A DNA stretch of 64,000 nucleotides. Origin: a virus. Positions 1-10,431 of this stretch are shown piece after piece. The DNA is taken from IMG/VR virus record IMGVR_UViG_3300031963_000020, positions 32,001 to 96,000 of that record. One strand, given 5' to 3'. A program made the translations under genes and the position numbers. Numbering within the stretch: position 1 is the stretch's first letter; each line of letters begins with the position of its first letter. The notes beneath the pieces were generated by a model. That model was not told the origin of the DNA. It did not search any database and saw nothing but the letters and a program-made list of their open reading frames with translations.

Positions 1-66
1 AAGTTAGAAGATGAAGGAAAAGATATCGAAGAAGATATCTTTGCAATCTCAAAGAGAGTTAAGTAA
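1..66 (+). CDS. 3' end of an upstream gene (partial; ...KLEDEGKDIEEDIFAISKRVK*)
   Basis: Frame open from the window edge to TAA at 64-66, which overlaps the next ATG (TAATG). Confidence 0.6.
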   Translation, partial: KLEDEGKDIEEDIFAISKRVK

Positions 67-1589
67 TGGCTACTGGCATTGGTGCTAGAATACAAACAAG
101 AACAAATGGTGTAAAAACCATACTTCCTGGTGCGCCAGGTTCTCAACCAATGCAAGCAATTATGGACAGTTTCATTTATGAAGCTGCACAAGTTGAGGAC
201 ATTGTAATTAATGAAGCGGATGATAGATCTGGTAAAACTGGTAGCTCCGCTAACGTAGGAAGAGTAAAGATTAGATTTGTAAATACAGAAAAAGGTGCAA
301 AAGGAGAAGATTTACCCTGGGCAGATCCTTTATTCCCATATCAGTCAACATATCCCTTGATTGGTGAGTATGTATTAGTATTCAAAGCTATATCAACATA
401 TTTTTACATAGGTCCAGTAAATATAAAAAGAAAAATTACTGAAAATGCTGCACCACTTATTGGTAAACTACAAGCCAGACAAGACAATAGTGTAAAAAAT
501 CAACGTGCACAAGCTGCTGGTGTACTTACACAACCCAAAGAAAATGTAAATCAAATAGGAACGAATTTCAAATCATTAAAAGTAAATCCATTAAAAACAT
601 TTGAAGGTGATGTATTATTCCAAGGACGATATGGTAATTCAATTCGTCTTGGAAGTAGTCAAATGATACGTTCTGCATTGGGTGAACAAAACCCGAACAT
701 TATTATGCGTGTTGGTCAAGGACCAGCGACATCTTTGACTAACGAAGATCGTAGTCCACAATCACTAACGAATGAATCCATAAACACTGATGCTAGTTCT
801 ATATGGATGGTATCAAAACAGATATTGGGACTAGTACCAGCTACCTTTAATACAAATGTGTTTCTGGCGTCGTTGTTTGAAAAACCTACAGTATTTGGTG
901 GAGCATCTATACTATTAAACTCAGATAGAGTTATTTTAAATTCAAAAGATACATCAATTTTCTTATTTGCTAAAAAAGGTATACATTTAAATTCTCTAGA
1001 AGATGGTATTTCACTAGATACATCTGGGCAAGTTTCATTAACTACTCCAAATAATATAACGCTTTCGTCGGGTAAAACAGTAAGTTTGACCAGTACCAAA
1101 GAAGATATAATTATTAGTACTAAACGTGATGTGACCATTTCAGGTGATAGAAACATTGTAGTTCACGGAAATGAAATATTCTTAGGTGGTAGAAGTGTAC
1201 AAGCATCACCAATTGTAATGGCAAGACCACTAAAGTTGTTTATGTATGAACTTTTACGAACTTTAATGTCAACTTCACCACTGACACTCGGACCAAGTGG
1301 TATAGTAAACCCAGCGTTGATAGCTAGAATGTTGATAGTATTTTCAAAATACATGGTATTACCCGATCCATTTAATCCATTATGGGCATCAAATGATAAC
1401 TTTGTAATGAAAACCAATACCAGAACTACTGCATCAGACTTACCACCAAGCCAAAACTTTAAACAACTTACTGGTCTTGGAACCAGAGGTAGTCAAGATG
1501 CATTTACCACAGTCAGTCAAGTAGCAGATAATGCTGGGGTAAAAAATCTACGTAAGTTGTATGGTGAAGAACTTATTTCTAAGTTATAA
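66..1589 (+). CDS. Baseplate hub/central spike protein (T4 gp5/VgrG-like, no lysozyme domain evident)
   Basis: N-terminal OB-fold-like segment (GRVKIRF...WADPL...YPLIGEYVLV), EGDVLFQGRYGNSIRLG motif, beta-helix-like repeats (ISLDTSGQVSLTTPNNITLSSGKTVSL); lies upstream of gp25/gp6-like genes. Confidence 0.7.
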   Translation: MATGIGARIQTRTNGVKTILPGAPGSQPMQAIMDSFIYEAAQVEDIVINEADDRSGKTGSSANVGRVKIRFVNTEKGAKGEDLPWADPLFPYQSTYPLIGEYVLVFKAISTYFYIGPVNIKRKITENAAPLIGKLQARQDNSVKNQRAQAAGVLTQPKENVNQIGTNFKSLKVNPLKTFEGDVLFQGRYGNSIRLGSSQMIRSALGEQNPNIIMRVGQGPATSLTNEDRSPQSLTNESINTDASSIWMVSKQILGLVPATFNTNVFLASLFEKPTVFGGASILLNSDRVILNSKDTSIFLFAKKGIHLNSLEDGISLDTSGQVSLTTPNNITLSSGKTVSLTSTKEDIIISTKRDVTISGDRNIVVHGNEIFLGGRSVQASPIVMARPLKLFMYELLRTLMSTSPLTLGPSGIVNPALIARMLIVFSKYMVLPDPFNPLWASNDNFVMKTNTRTTASDLPPSQNFKQLTGLGTRGSQDAFTTVSQVADNAGVKNLRKLYGEELISKL

Positions 1590-1592
1590 TTT

Positions 1593-4499
1593 ATGACATT
1601 TTTACAAGACCTCAGAAGTGCAACAAGAAGTGCGCAAACAAACCCATACTTTGCGTCATATATACAAAATGCTACCAATGATGTATCGAAAATAGCATCA
1701 GTTTCTCGTGTGCCATCGGATGTACCGTTAGAAACATTGGTGGCATTATCTACATTCCGTCCAATCACTGCACCAGGAACAGTAACACAGACATCTCCGC
1801 AAAATATACAAGGTGTACAAGACGCAATACGAGCTAGATTACAAGCGTCAAATGTAAACATAACAAATTTATCAAACTTTGTACCATCTATTGCAGGAAA
1901 TGCAATACAAACACGGGGTAATCCAACAGCAAATGACAGAAGAGTAAATGGTGTTCTTCGTGGATTGAATGCAAGACAACGAGTACTGGCTGGACTAGAC
2001 CCAAAAACTAGAAAACTAGTTGAAGATTTGCAAGATTTAAAGAGATTACGAGAACTACAAGCAAAACTTGAAGCACTCGCAGCTAGACTGGAACAAGAAA
2101 TTATAAAATACACAGGTATATTTAATGCAATCGTGAACGGACCAGATGCAATTGCATCTGCATTTTTGACTAGTGTAATTAATAAAATAGAATTGTTAGA
2201 ACGTTCATACACTTCTGCAAAGAACTTGATATTATTGGTCAAGAAAACAATAGAAAACACAGTAAGAGCGATAACAAAAGCTTTATTCAAAGATATTCCA
2301 CAAAGTATAGCTAGAATTAGAACTGGATTTGACGCATTAACAAAAATATTGAAGCTACCTGAAATATCTTTACGATTACGGTTCCCAAAACGTCCTAAGT
2401 TCCCACGGATGAATTGGACGATTGGGGATTTCTATCAAAAGTATAGAAAAGCCTTTGAAACTCTAAAACAAAAAAACAGTCAATTCTATCAAAAAGCTTT
2501 AGACACAGCTATACAGCAATCTGGTGTAGAAATTATTGACCCAAACAAAGATAAAATTCAACAAGGATTAACCAAAGCAAGAAATGCTCTTAAAGAAGCA
2601 CGAGCACAATTACAAGCAAGACAAGCTGTACGTAATGAAGCAATTAACAGAGCAAGAACACAACTTATTGATAATATTAGAAAGACAACTCAGGTCACAG
2701 AACGTGAACGTGAACGTATTGCACGTGGTGATACTGGATTACAAAGAAACGCAAAGAATGCAATTGCTAGAGCACAAGCTAGATTGGCAGATATCGCGGG
2801 TAGAAGATTATATCTTACACCAGAAGAACAACGTATTATACAACCATCTAGTAGAGTTGCTGGTAGTACAACAAATGCATTTGGAGATTTGTCATATTCT
2901 GTAAACGATCGTATTGTTGTAACTCCTGATGGTAGAACTGTATATAAGGATAGACGAACAGATAAATTGTATGTAATACAATCACCACAAGACCGTGTTC
3001 GTGAGTTAACGGCCACCTCAGTAAATCGCTTGCAAGCAAATGCTCAAGAATTTACCGCAGGTATAGGTACTATCAATACGGCAATAGCGACAGCAGCAGA
3101 AGTTCAAGCTACGATGAATAGTAAAGTATTAAAAGCAGAATTTGGTATTAATTTATTACAAGAAGCGCAAAATGTAAATAATATAACACGAGAAGCCAGA
3201 CAAAGTACAAATGAAGTTACTCAACAGCAAAATCCTGTATTAGCTGACGAATTTACAATAGATGCAGAAACACGAACAGTAACAACCATTACACGAAGAT
3301 TATCTGCATCAGAAGCTACTAACCAAGCAACTGCTTATAATAGAAGAACTGCTGAATTTAATGGATATACAACACCGTTAACTATCAGACCAAGTGGACC
3401 AAAACTATTGAATGTAAGTGGTCAAAACGTGTATGAATTAGTATTGGCAATAACATATAAAAATTTTAATAACTTAAATCAAGCTAGACTTGAACAATTA
3501 GGACAACAGCAGTCGGCTGTAGCATTCGATAGGAGTACGGCTACTGTGGGAACTCCGATAACCTCAGTTCCAGCATCAGCACCAATTTCAGTTTCACCAC
3601 AAGTAGAAGTACCAACTTCACAATTTGTTGCGGCTAGTGCAACTCCAAGAACATCCACTCCTGCACCTACACCACCAATTGCAACACCAGGATTTGATAT
3701 AGACCAATCACAATCAATATTTGGAACACCACGTAAGTTGTCCGTGTTTGAAATAGAAGCATTAAATAATAGATTAGCTAGTCCGCTTATCTCCGATGAA
3801 GAAAAAGTAAGAATACGACAAATACTAGGAGTTGCAAACCAACTTCCAACGGATTTGCAACTACCAAAAGATGCTGAATTAGAATTTTCACAAGAGGTTA
3901 CTAGACCAAACTTAAATGTAAACCTTAGTGGTAACACTGCAACACTATCATTTAATGCAAGATCAAATAGCGATCCAAGAGTAAATGTAGAATATAGTTT
4001 AGATAATGGAAATACGTGGACTGCAGCAAACCCACCAAGAGTTTCAGGTGACATTGTAATACCTAATCTAGATACTGGTATTTACGCTGCTAGAATTCGT
4101 GGTATACGAGCAGACGGGACAACCAGTATTTCTTCTCAACCAAAACCAATCGTAATCAATATAAGTAAACCTGTTATATTTGCGATAAGACCACGTACAT
4201 CTACTAGTGCAAAAATATTATTTGATGATACAGTATCTACAGTACAGATACAAGTGTATCAAGTCAAAGCAACAACTGGAAACCAGCCTAGTGCATGGTA
4301 CGATGCACTTCCTGACGATGGGCAAAGTGATCGTAAAGCTATAAGATCTCCTATAGTGGTATATGGTTTGGAAACAGATAAACCATATACAATTGCAATA
4401 CGAGCTAGATACGCAGACGGTACATTTGGAAACCCATCGAATGCAATAACGTATACACCATTTAAAATGGCATCTGAAGGTGGTGGAGTTATTGCCTAA
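1593..4499 (+). CDS. Large putative virion protein: helical N-terminal part, Pro/Thr linker, two C-terminal fibronectin-III-like domains
   Basis: 968-aa ORF; EYSLDNGNTW...NLDTGIYAARIRG and GLETDKPYTIAIRARY...GNPSN are FN3-type patterns; baseplate context. Confidence 0.55.
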   Translation: MTFLQDLRSATRSAQTNPYFASYIQNATNDVSKIASVSRVPSDVPLETLVALSTFRPITAPGTVTQTSPQNIQGVQDAIRARLQASNVNITNLSNFVPSIAGNAIQTRGNPTANDRRVNGVLRGLNARQRVLAGLDPKTRKLVEDLQDLKRLRELQAKLEALAARLEQEIIKYTGIFNAIVNGPDAIASAFLTSVINKIELLERSYTSAKNLILLVKKTIENTVRAITKALFKDIPQSIARIRTGFDALTKILKLPEISLRLRFPKRPKFPRMNWTIGDFYQKYRKAFETLKQKNSQFYQKALDTAIQQSGVEIIDPNKDKIQQGLTKARNALKEARAQLQARQAVRNEAINRARTQLIDNIRKTTQVTERERERIARGDTGLQRNAKNAIARAQARLADIAGRRLYLTPEEQRIIQPSSRVAGSTTNAFGDLSYSVNDRIVVTPDGRTVYKDRRTDKLYVIQSPQDRVRELTATSVNRLQANAQEFTAGIGTINTAIATAAEVQATMNSKVLKAEFGINLLQEAQNVNNITREARQSTNEVTQQQNPVLADEFTIDAETRTVTTITRRLSASEATNQATAYNRRTAEFNGYTTPLTIRPSGPKLLNVSGQNVYELVLAITYKNFNNLNQARLEQLGQQQSAVAFDRSTATVGTPITSVPASAPISVSPQVEVPTSQFVAASATPRTSTPAPTPPIATPGFDIDQSQSIFGTPRKLSVFEIEALNNRLASPLISDEEKVRIRQILGVANQLPTDLQLPKDAELEFSQEVTRPNLNVNLSGNTATLSFNARSNSDPRVNVEYSLDNGNTWTAANPPRVSGDIVIPNLDTGIYAARIRGIRADGTTSISSQPKPIVINISKPVIFAIRPRTSTSAKILFDDTVSTVQIQVYQVKATTGNQPSAWYDALPDDGQSDRKAIRSPIVVYGLETDKPYTIAIRARYADGTFGNPSNAITYTPFKMASEGGGVIA

Positions 4500-4582
4500 A
4501 AACGGTCTAAATCGTTCTAAATCATATATTTTTGATATTTAAATAGAGGGGCTAAATCGGTTATTTTTATCAGGAGAGACAA

Positions 4583-4930
4583 ATGGACAAAACATTACTA
4601 AAAGCATACATCAGAACAATAGTCGAAGAAGAAGTCAATAGAATTCTTCCTGACATTTTGGGTGAAGCTGTGGCACAAATCAAGGGTACACAACAAGTTA
4701 ACGAAACTGTTGCGCCCCCAAGTAAGCCAAAGTTTGACCGTTCAAAGTTGGCTGCGATGATGGGATTGGAACGTCACGGTGACACCATTTCGGCAACAAC
4801 CAGTAATATAAGATTACCAGAAAATATTCCACAGGGTTTAGACTTAAACAACCCATCAGTGCAACCAGCGGTAGAGGCCATTACCAAAGACTACAGCGCT
4901 TTGATGAAAAAGATGGGATTGAGTAAGTAG
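4583..4930 (+). CDS. Hypothetical protein
   Basis: 115-aa ORF with strong SD (CAGGAG); N-terminal LKAYIRTIVEEEV amphipathic helix. Confidence 0.7.
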   Translation: MDKTLLKAYIRTIVEEEVNRILPDILGEAVAQIKGTQQVNETVAPPSKPKFDRSKLAAMMGLERHGDTISATTSNIRLPENIPQGLDLNNPSVQPAVEAITKDYSALMKKMGLSK

Positions 4931-4931
4931 T

Positions 4932-5447
4932 ATGGCAAAAACCGTCTATCTAGGACAAACACTTCCGTTACAAAGAACCAATCGTGGATATTTTCAATCT
5001 ACTACGGACCCTTTAGAAAATGAAAAGTCAAAGTTTATTAACCTAATTTTGACAAAAAAAGGTGAACGTGTATCCAATCCAACGTTTGGGTGTGACCTGT
5101 GGAGATTATTGTTTGAGCAAAAAAACGGTGACACGCAAGATTTAGCAAAACAATATGTTCTAGATGCGGTAAATAGATTTATGCCATACCTAGTACTCCA
5201 AGAAATTCAAGTCACAAACACAGAAACTTTTTTAAATGACAATTATATTATATTGTACGTCAGATATGGATTTACTAACAACCCATTGGCATCCGATTCG
5301 GTAGAACTAACACTTGGAACTAGTGTTTCTGGTCAATTAGTTACTTCTGGTAGAACTGTGAGTTCTAATATTTTTGACACACAAACCGACCCAAACGTTT
5401 TAAGTTCTTTGGGAAGAAGAACTACCTCAAACGGGCAAACTATTTAA
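4932..5447 (+). CDS. Baseplate wedge protein, gp25/GPW-like
   Basis: NLILTKKGERVSNPTFGCDLWRLLFE is the typical gp25-family signature. Confidence 0.85.
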   Translation: MAKTVYLGQTLPLQRTNRGYFQSTTDPLENEKSKFINLILTKKGERVSNPTFGCDLWRLLFEQKNGDTQDLAKQYVLDAVNRFMPYLVLQEIQVTNTETFLNDNYIILYVRYGFTNNPLASDSVELTLGTSVSGQLVTSGRTVSSNIFDTQTDPNVLSSLGRRTTSNGQTI

Positions 5448-5461
5448 TTTTGAGATAGAAA

Positions 5462-7384
5462 ATGGCTACAACCAACCACGTATTAAATAAACTATCAGTA
5501 GCACCCAAAGAGGTAAGTTACCTCAACAAGTCATTTACTGACTTTAAGGGTGATCTAATTACGTTTGTAAAAAATTATTATCCTACAACGTGGACAGATT
5601 TTAACGAAGCCAATCCAGGCATGATTATGTTGGAATTGGCAGCATATGTTGGTGATGTGTTATCGTTTTATGTGGATAATTCATTTAAAGAAAATTTATT
5701 AGCATACGCTGAAGAAGAAGGAAACGTAATTACAATAGCACAAGCTTTAGGATATAAACCAAAAACAATAGTACCGGCTACAGCAGAAGTTTTAATTTCT
5801 CAAGTAGTACCAGCATTAGGTGCATCGGAAGGTTATATTCCTGACGCAACATATTTTTTAAAAATAGATAGGAATTCAACAGTTTTCACGCAGGCACCAA
5901 ATGTTGTGTCATTTAGAACAACAGAACTTGTGGATTTTGCAGATCCTACAGGCAGGTCTATAATTCCTAGACAATTAGATTCTACAACATTATTACCAGT
6001 AACGTATCTAGTAACTAAAAAAGTTAAAGTTATTGCGGGTGATGTTCGTCAAGAAACATTTACGTTTGGTGATCCAGAAAAATTTTCTGCAATTACCATA
6101 GGTGATGTTAATGTAACAGCTATTAGTGATGTAGTTGATGCAGACGGATATAAATTTTATGAAGTAGATTATTTAGCACAAGATACAATAATTGATGACA
6201 AAGAAGTAAGCTATGTTTCAAGTGTTAGTGAATCGGTAGCACCTACATACGCTATAAAATACAGAACAGTTCCACGTAGATTTGTCACACGACTAACACC
6301 AGATAAAAGAACACAGGTAATATTTGGTTCTGGTCGAGGAAACGCATCAGAAGATATCGTATATCTAGATTCACAACAGGTAGCAAATAGTGAATACGGT
6401 ACACAATTAGCAAGTGTTTCACTTAGTAATACAGATTTGTTGAACACAGATAACTTTGGTATAGCACCAGCAAATACAACACTTACGGTTACATATTTTT
6501 CTGGTGGTGGAGTAGCAAGTAATGTTGCATCAGGAACAATAGTAAACGTTGGTGAATTAAATATTTTAAATAGAACAACAGAATTCAATCAAACCGAAAC
6601 TGATTTATTTAATGACATAGTAAAAACGGTAACAGTATATAATGAAATGCCAGCAACAGGTGGTCAAGATGGTGAAACTGTTGAAGAAATTCGTCAACGA
6701 GCACTCGCAATATACAGTTCACAAAATCGTGTAGTTACCAGAAGAGATTACGAAGCACGTGTGTTATCTATGCCTTCAAAATACGGAGCAGTAGCAAAAG
6801 TACTAGCAGTCACAGATGCCTCACAGACAACTATACAATCGCAGCAAACATCAACACAACAAGAAATAAATACTCCAAAACCAAACGCAATTAATCTTTA
6901 TGTGCTTGGATATAATCAAAATAAAAAGATTACAACCTTAAACAGTTTGGTAAAGTCAAATTTACAACAATATCTATCGCAATATAGAATGTTAACGGAC
7001 CAAGTAAACATTCTTGACGCATTTATTGTTAACATTGGTGTAAATTTTGATATAACTGTATATAAAAACTATAATATACAAGATGTATTAGCAGTGTGTT
7101 TGGGTGCAATTAAAGAGTATTTCGATAGTACCAAATGGAACATCAATCAACCAATTAGACTAGGTGATTTAGCACTATTAATACAAGCACAAGATGGAGT
7201 GCAGAGTGTAAATTTTGTAGAAATAGTAAATAAGTATTTCTTTAAAGATGGTAGAGATTATCAACCATATCGTTATGACATCACAGACGCGACCGTTGAT
7301 GGAATAGTATATCCATCACTTGACCCATGCATCTTTGAAGTTAGATACCCAGAAGATGATATCGTAGGAAGTGCAAGACAATGA
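5462..7384 (+). CDS. Baseplate wedge subunit, T4 gp6/baseplate J-like
   Basis: DFNEANPGMIMLELAAYVGDVLSFY...ALGYKP and GGQDGETVEEIR...QNRVVTRRDYE motifs; follows gp25-like gene. Confidence 0.85.
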   Translation: MATTNHVLNKLSVAPKEVSYLNKSFTDFKGDLITFVKNYYPTTWTDFNEANPGMIMLELAAYVGDVLSFYVDNSFKENLLAYAEEEGNVITIAQALGYKPKTIVPATAEVLISQVVPALGASEGYIPDATYFLKIDRNSTVFTQAPNVVSFRTTELVDFADPTGRSIIPRQLDSTTLLPVTYLVTKKVKVIAGDVRQETFTFGDPEKFSAITIGDVNVTAISDVVDADGYKFYEVDYLAQDTIIDDKEVSYVSSVSESVAPTYAIKYRTVPRRFVTRLTPDKRTQVIFGSGRGNASEDIVYLDSQQVANSEYGTQLASVSLSNTDLLNTDNFGIAPANTTLTVTYFSGGGVASNVASGTIVNVGELNILNRTTEFNQTETDLFNDIVKTVTVYNEMPATGGQDGETVEEIRQRALAIYSSQNRVVTRRDYEARVLSMPSKYGAVAKVLAVTDASQTTIQSQQTSTQQEINTPKPNAINLYVLGYNQNKKITTLNSLVKSNLQQYLSQYRMLTDQVNILDAFIVNIGVNFDITVYKNYNIQDVLAVCLGAIKEYFDSTKWNINQPIRLGDLALLIQAQDGVQSVNFVEIVNKYFFKDGRDYQPYRYDITDATVDGIVYPSLDPCIFEVRYPEDDIVGSARQ

Positions 7385-8418
7385 GATTAATATTAACCGC
7401 ATCCGCAGATACCACTATCTATAAAAGATATCCACTAAACAACGCTGGACTGGATGAAATTATAGAGGTAGGTAAAGTAGCAAAACCAGAAGATTTAGAT
7501 ATAGCATATAGCGCCAGTGCCGCACGTACATTGGTAAATTTTGCATTACCAACAAGTGGATCAATTCCAGATACGGCATCATTTTATCTTAACTTGAAGA
7601 TTGCAAATGCAGAAAAAATGCCATATTCGCAACAACTAGAAATATACGAAATTTCTGGTTCGTGGATAGAAGGTAGTGGATACTTCGTTCAACAAAATGT
7701 AAATCCTCGTGATGGTGCAACGTGGAGTGGTAGTAATGCATCAGCGGGTGTGTCGTGGAGTATTTTGGGTGGTGATTATTACGCATCACCATCAACCAGT
7801 GTTATATTAAATGAATATCCAATGCAAGATTTACGTGTTGATGTATCGAACATAATGCAAGACGTGTTGGTTAATAATAGAGATTTTAAAGGATTTATAG
7901 TTAAATTTTCATCTGCATCAGAAGCAGATTACGTAAATGAAGGAAATATCAAATTCTTCTCAAAACAAACACACACCATCCACGCACCAGTTTTGGAAGC
8001 TGCGTGGGACACATCAACATTTTCAACTGGTTCGTTAAAAGTAATACCAAATACAACAGATATCGAAGTTGTTCCCAAGAATGCAAAAGAAACGTATATT
8101 CGTAATACAAAAGAAAAAATTCGTTTTGTAGTACGTGATAAGTATCCACGTAAAAATTTTGATTCAACATTACGATACACGAGTAGATATTATTTACCAA
8201 CATCGTCATACTTTAGTGTAGTTGATAGACAAGCAGGTACAACAATATATCCAGCAGATAGTTTTGCAAAGTTGAGTTGTGATGCAACTGGGTCATATTT
8301 TGTATTGGATACATCACCACTTTACAAAAACAGATACTACGCTGTAAATTTAGAAATAAATAACGGAAGTGAGGATACCACCACCATTCCAGAAATATTT
8401 ACTTTCTTGGTGAAGTAA
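7381..8418 (+). CDS. Putative virion structural protein (beta-rich)
   Basis: 345-aa ORF, ATGA-coupled to gp6-like gene; ADTTIY...N.G.DEIIE and WIEGSG...DGATW patterns. Confidence 0.55.
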   Translation: MRLILTASADTTIYKRYPLNNAGLDEIIEVGKVAKPEDLDIAYSASAARTLVNFALPTSGSIPDTASFYLNLKIANAEKMPYSQQLEIYEISGSWIEGSGYFVQQNVNPRDGATWSGSNASAGVSWSILGGDYYASPSTSVILNEYPMQDLRVDVSNIMQDVLVNNRDFKGFIVKFSSASEADYVNEGNIKFFSKQTHTIHAPVLEAAWDTSTFSTGSLKVIPNTTDIEVVPKNAKETYIRNTKEKIRFVVRDKYPRKNFDSTLRYTSRYYLPTSSYFSVVDRQAGTTIYPADSFAKLSCDATGSYFVLDTSPLYKNRYYAVNLEINNGSEDTTTIPEIFTFLVK

Positions 8419-9143
8419 TGTCGTTCGATGATTTGATTAAAACGTTTAAGGTGCAACCAGACTTGAATAGAGAGTTCTGGACATCTAATAACAAGCTTAA
8501 TCCAACTATTCGTGCAGCGTTGATGAAGATTGCAAAGGAGTTCTACGATAGTATTGACCTCGAAAATAAACCAAAGGTCAAAGACATTGTATTTACTGGT
8601 AGTTTAGCAAACTATAACTACTCACAATACTCCGATGTTGACCTTCATTTGTTATTTGATTTTGGTAAAGACAAGGAAATATTATCACAATTTTTCTTGT
8701 TAGCAAAGTCAAAATGGAATGATAAGCACGACATCACAATCAAGGGATATGATGTCGAAGTTTATGCAGAAGATGCAAGCTCACCTCACGTTGCAACGGG
8801 TTTGTATAGTGTATTGAAAAACAAATGGATTAAGGAACCAAAAAAAGAAACACCAGTATACGATGAACAAGACGTAATGACTAAGGTAAAACACATAGTT
8901 GGTATATTTGACCAACTAGTGAATCAATATAAGTCTGGTCAACTTACTGGATTAGATAAAAAAATTGAAAAATTTAGAGACAAGTTGGGTAAGTTTAGAC
9001 AATCTGGATTAGATACAGGTGGAGAATTCTCGACAGAAAATCTCACATTTAAGTTATTACGTCGAGCAGGATATATGGAAAAGTTAGCAAATCTACAAAA
9101 TATGACAACGGACAGACAACTTTCGGTCAAGGAAGTAAACTGA
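8418..9143 (+). CDS. Pol-beta-superfamily nucleotidyltransferase
   Basis: hGS-x-DhD catalytic motif FTGSLANYNYSQYSDVDLH with a third acidic residue in DVEVY, followed by a helical C-terminal domain. Confidence 0.75.
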   Translation: MSFDDLIKTFKVQPDLNREFWTSNNKLNPTIRAALMKIAKEFYDSIDLENKPKVKDIVFTGSLANYNYSQYSDVDLHLLFDFGKDKEILSQFFLLAKSKWNDKHDITIKGYDVEVYAEDASSPHVATGLYSVLKNKWIKEPKKETPVYDEQDVMTKVKHIVGIFDQLVNQYKSGQLTGLDKKIEKFRDKLGKFRQSGLDTGGEFSTENLTFKLLRRAGYMEKLANLQNMTTDRQLSVKEVN

Positions 9144-9144
9144 T

Positions 9145-10431
9145 ATGGCACAACTGATAGCAATAAACAAAACAACAGTAGAAGCAACAGATTTTACTAC
9201 AGGGTCATCAGACTTAGTATTACGTATACCACTAACGTCCGGCGAAGTTGTACAGTTTACCGCTGAAACACAATTTTTTACTCCAAGACAAATCGCAACA
9301 AGTAAATCAGATGTATTGGGATTGCCAAGTCAAAGTGTTGTAGAATACACAGCAAATAGTATTCCAGTAGTAAAATTACCATTGGGTGACGCCGAAATAC
9401 CTGCTACACAATATTATCCTATTTCCGTTGTAAGTGATGTATATATTGACGCACCAATTGATAACTTTTTTAGAGAGTTAGTGGATGATTTAGAACTACC
9501 AGAAGATCCTACACTTACTCAACTTCGTGACCAACGAGCAGCAGCAATGCAAGCAGCAATGGCACTAGAAGATTTATCCGCCGCAGCACAAGTAGCAGAC
9601 CCAGAATTGTTTGCCGAAGCTGATGATGCAATTACAGAAGGATTAGCAGAAGCAGTTCCAGCTGAACAACCAGACCCAACAGCAATCTTAACTCCGGAAG
9701 AAGCAGATGAATTAGCTGCTCTCGACCTAGTGGGTATTACGGACGCATCGGGTGTCACCGATGGTGCAGACGATATTATCGACCCAACCCCAGAAGTATT
9801 ATACGACGATTTAATCCAGAAACTTCCAAGAGTTCCTGGAAACGATAAAATTGAAGGTATTGATACAATCAACAAAGCAATTGATTTACTTAATGAAGGT
9901 ATTCAAGCAGTTGAAGAATCGACAAAAACTGGTGTTGACGAAGATGGTAAATGTAAGTTTATTACCGTTGCAAAGGGTAAAAAAGGATTCCGTGGTATTG
10001 GTAAAAAGAAAGAACGTAAGGTGTCTCGTGCAGATACAGAAGCTAAGTTAAAGTTGGTCAAAGAAGATATCGCTGCACAAGAAGCAAGCACTACAATATT
10101 AAAAAATCCACAAAGTGGTGTCAAACCACTTGTAAAAATTAGTAGATTGGCAGCATTTGGATCGGCAGTTGCAGGGTTTGCAAAAGGTGCAGGATTTCTT
10201 GGAGCGGTAGTTGGTGCGGTTGCAACAGTAGCTACAGGAGGATTGGCTGGTGGATTAATCGCAGCAGCAGGAACCACAGCAGCAGGTATTGTTGGGGGTG
10301 TAGCAACTAGTGCTGCAGGTGCTTTGGTCATTCCTCGTGGATACACATTGATGAGAAAAAATGATTATCTAAAAGTACTTAGAAAAACATCAGAACAATT
10401 AGAAAAAATATTGAATAAGGATTGTGACTAA
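9145..10431 (+). CDS. Hypothetical protein with acidic middle and C-terminal Gly/Ala-rich hydrophobic segment
   Basis: 428-aa ORF; ~60-aa glycine-zipper-like stretch AAFGSAVAG...SAAGALV. Confidence 0.6.
   Translation: MAQLIAINKTTVEATDFTTGSSDLVLRIPLTSGEVVQFTAETQFFTPRQIATSKSDVLGLPSQSVVEYTANSIPVVKLPLGDAEIPATQYYPISVVSDVYIDAPIDNFFRELVDDLELPEDPTLTQLRDQRAAAMQAAMALEDLSAAAQVADPELFAEADDAITEGLAEAVPAEQPDPTAILTPEEADELAALDLVGITDASGVTDGADDIIDPTPEVLYDDLIQKLPRVPGNDKIEGIDTINKAIDLLNEGIQAVEESTKTGVDEDGKCKFITVAKGKKGFRGIGKKKERKVSRADTEAKLKLVKEDIAAQEASTTILKNPQSGVKPLVKISRLAAFGSAVAGFAKGAGFLGAVVGAVATVATGGLAGGLIAAAGTTAAGIVGGVATSAAGALVIPRGYTLMRKNDYLKVLRKTSEQLEKILNKDCD

Noticed and set aside
8418-9143. cGAS/CD-NTase (CBASS-like) signalling system
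   Set aside because: The protein is short and has no adjacent effector or Cap genes; the motif supports only the general Pol-beta superfamily.
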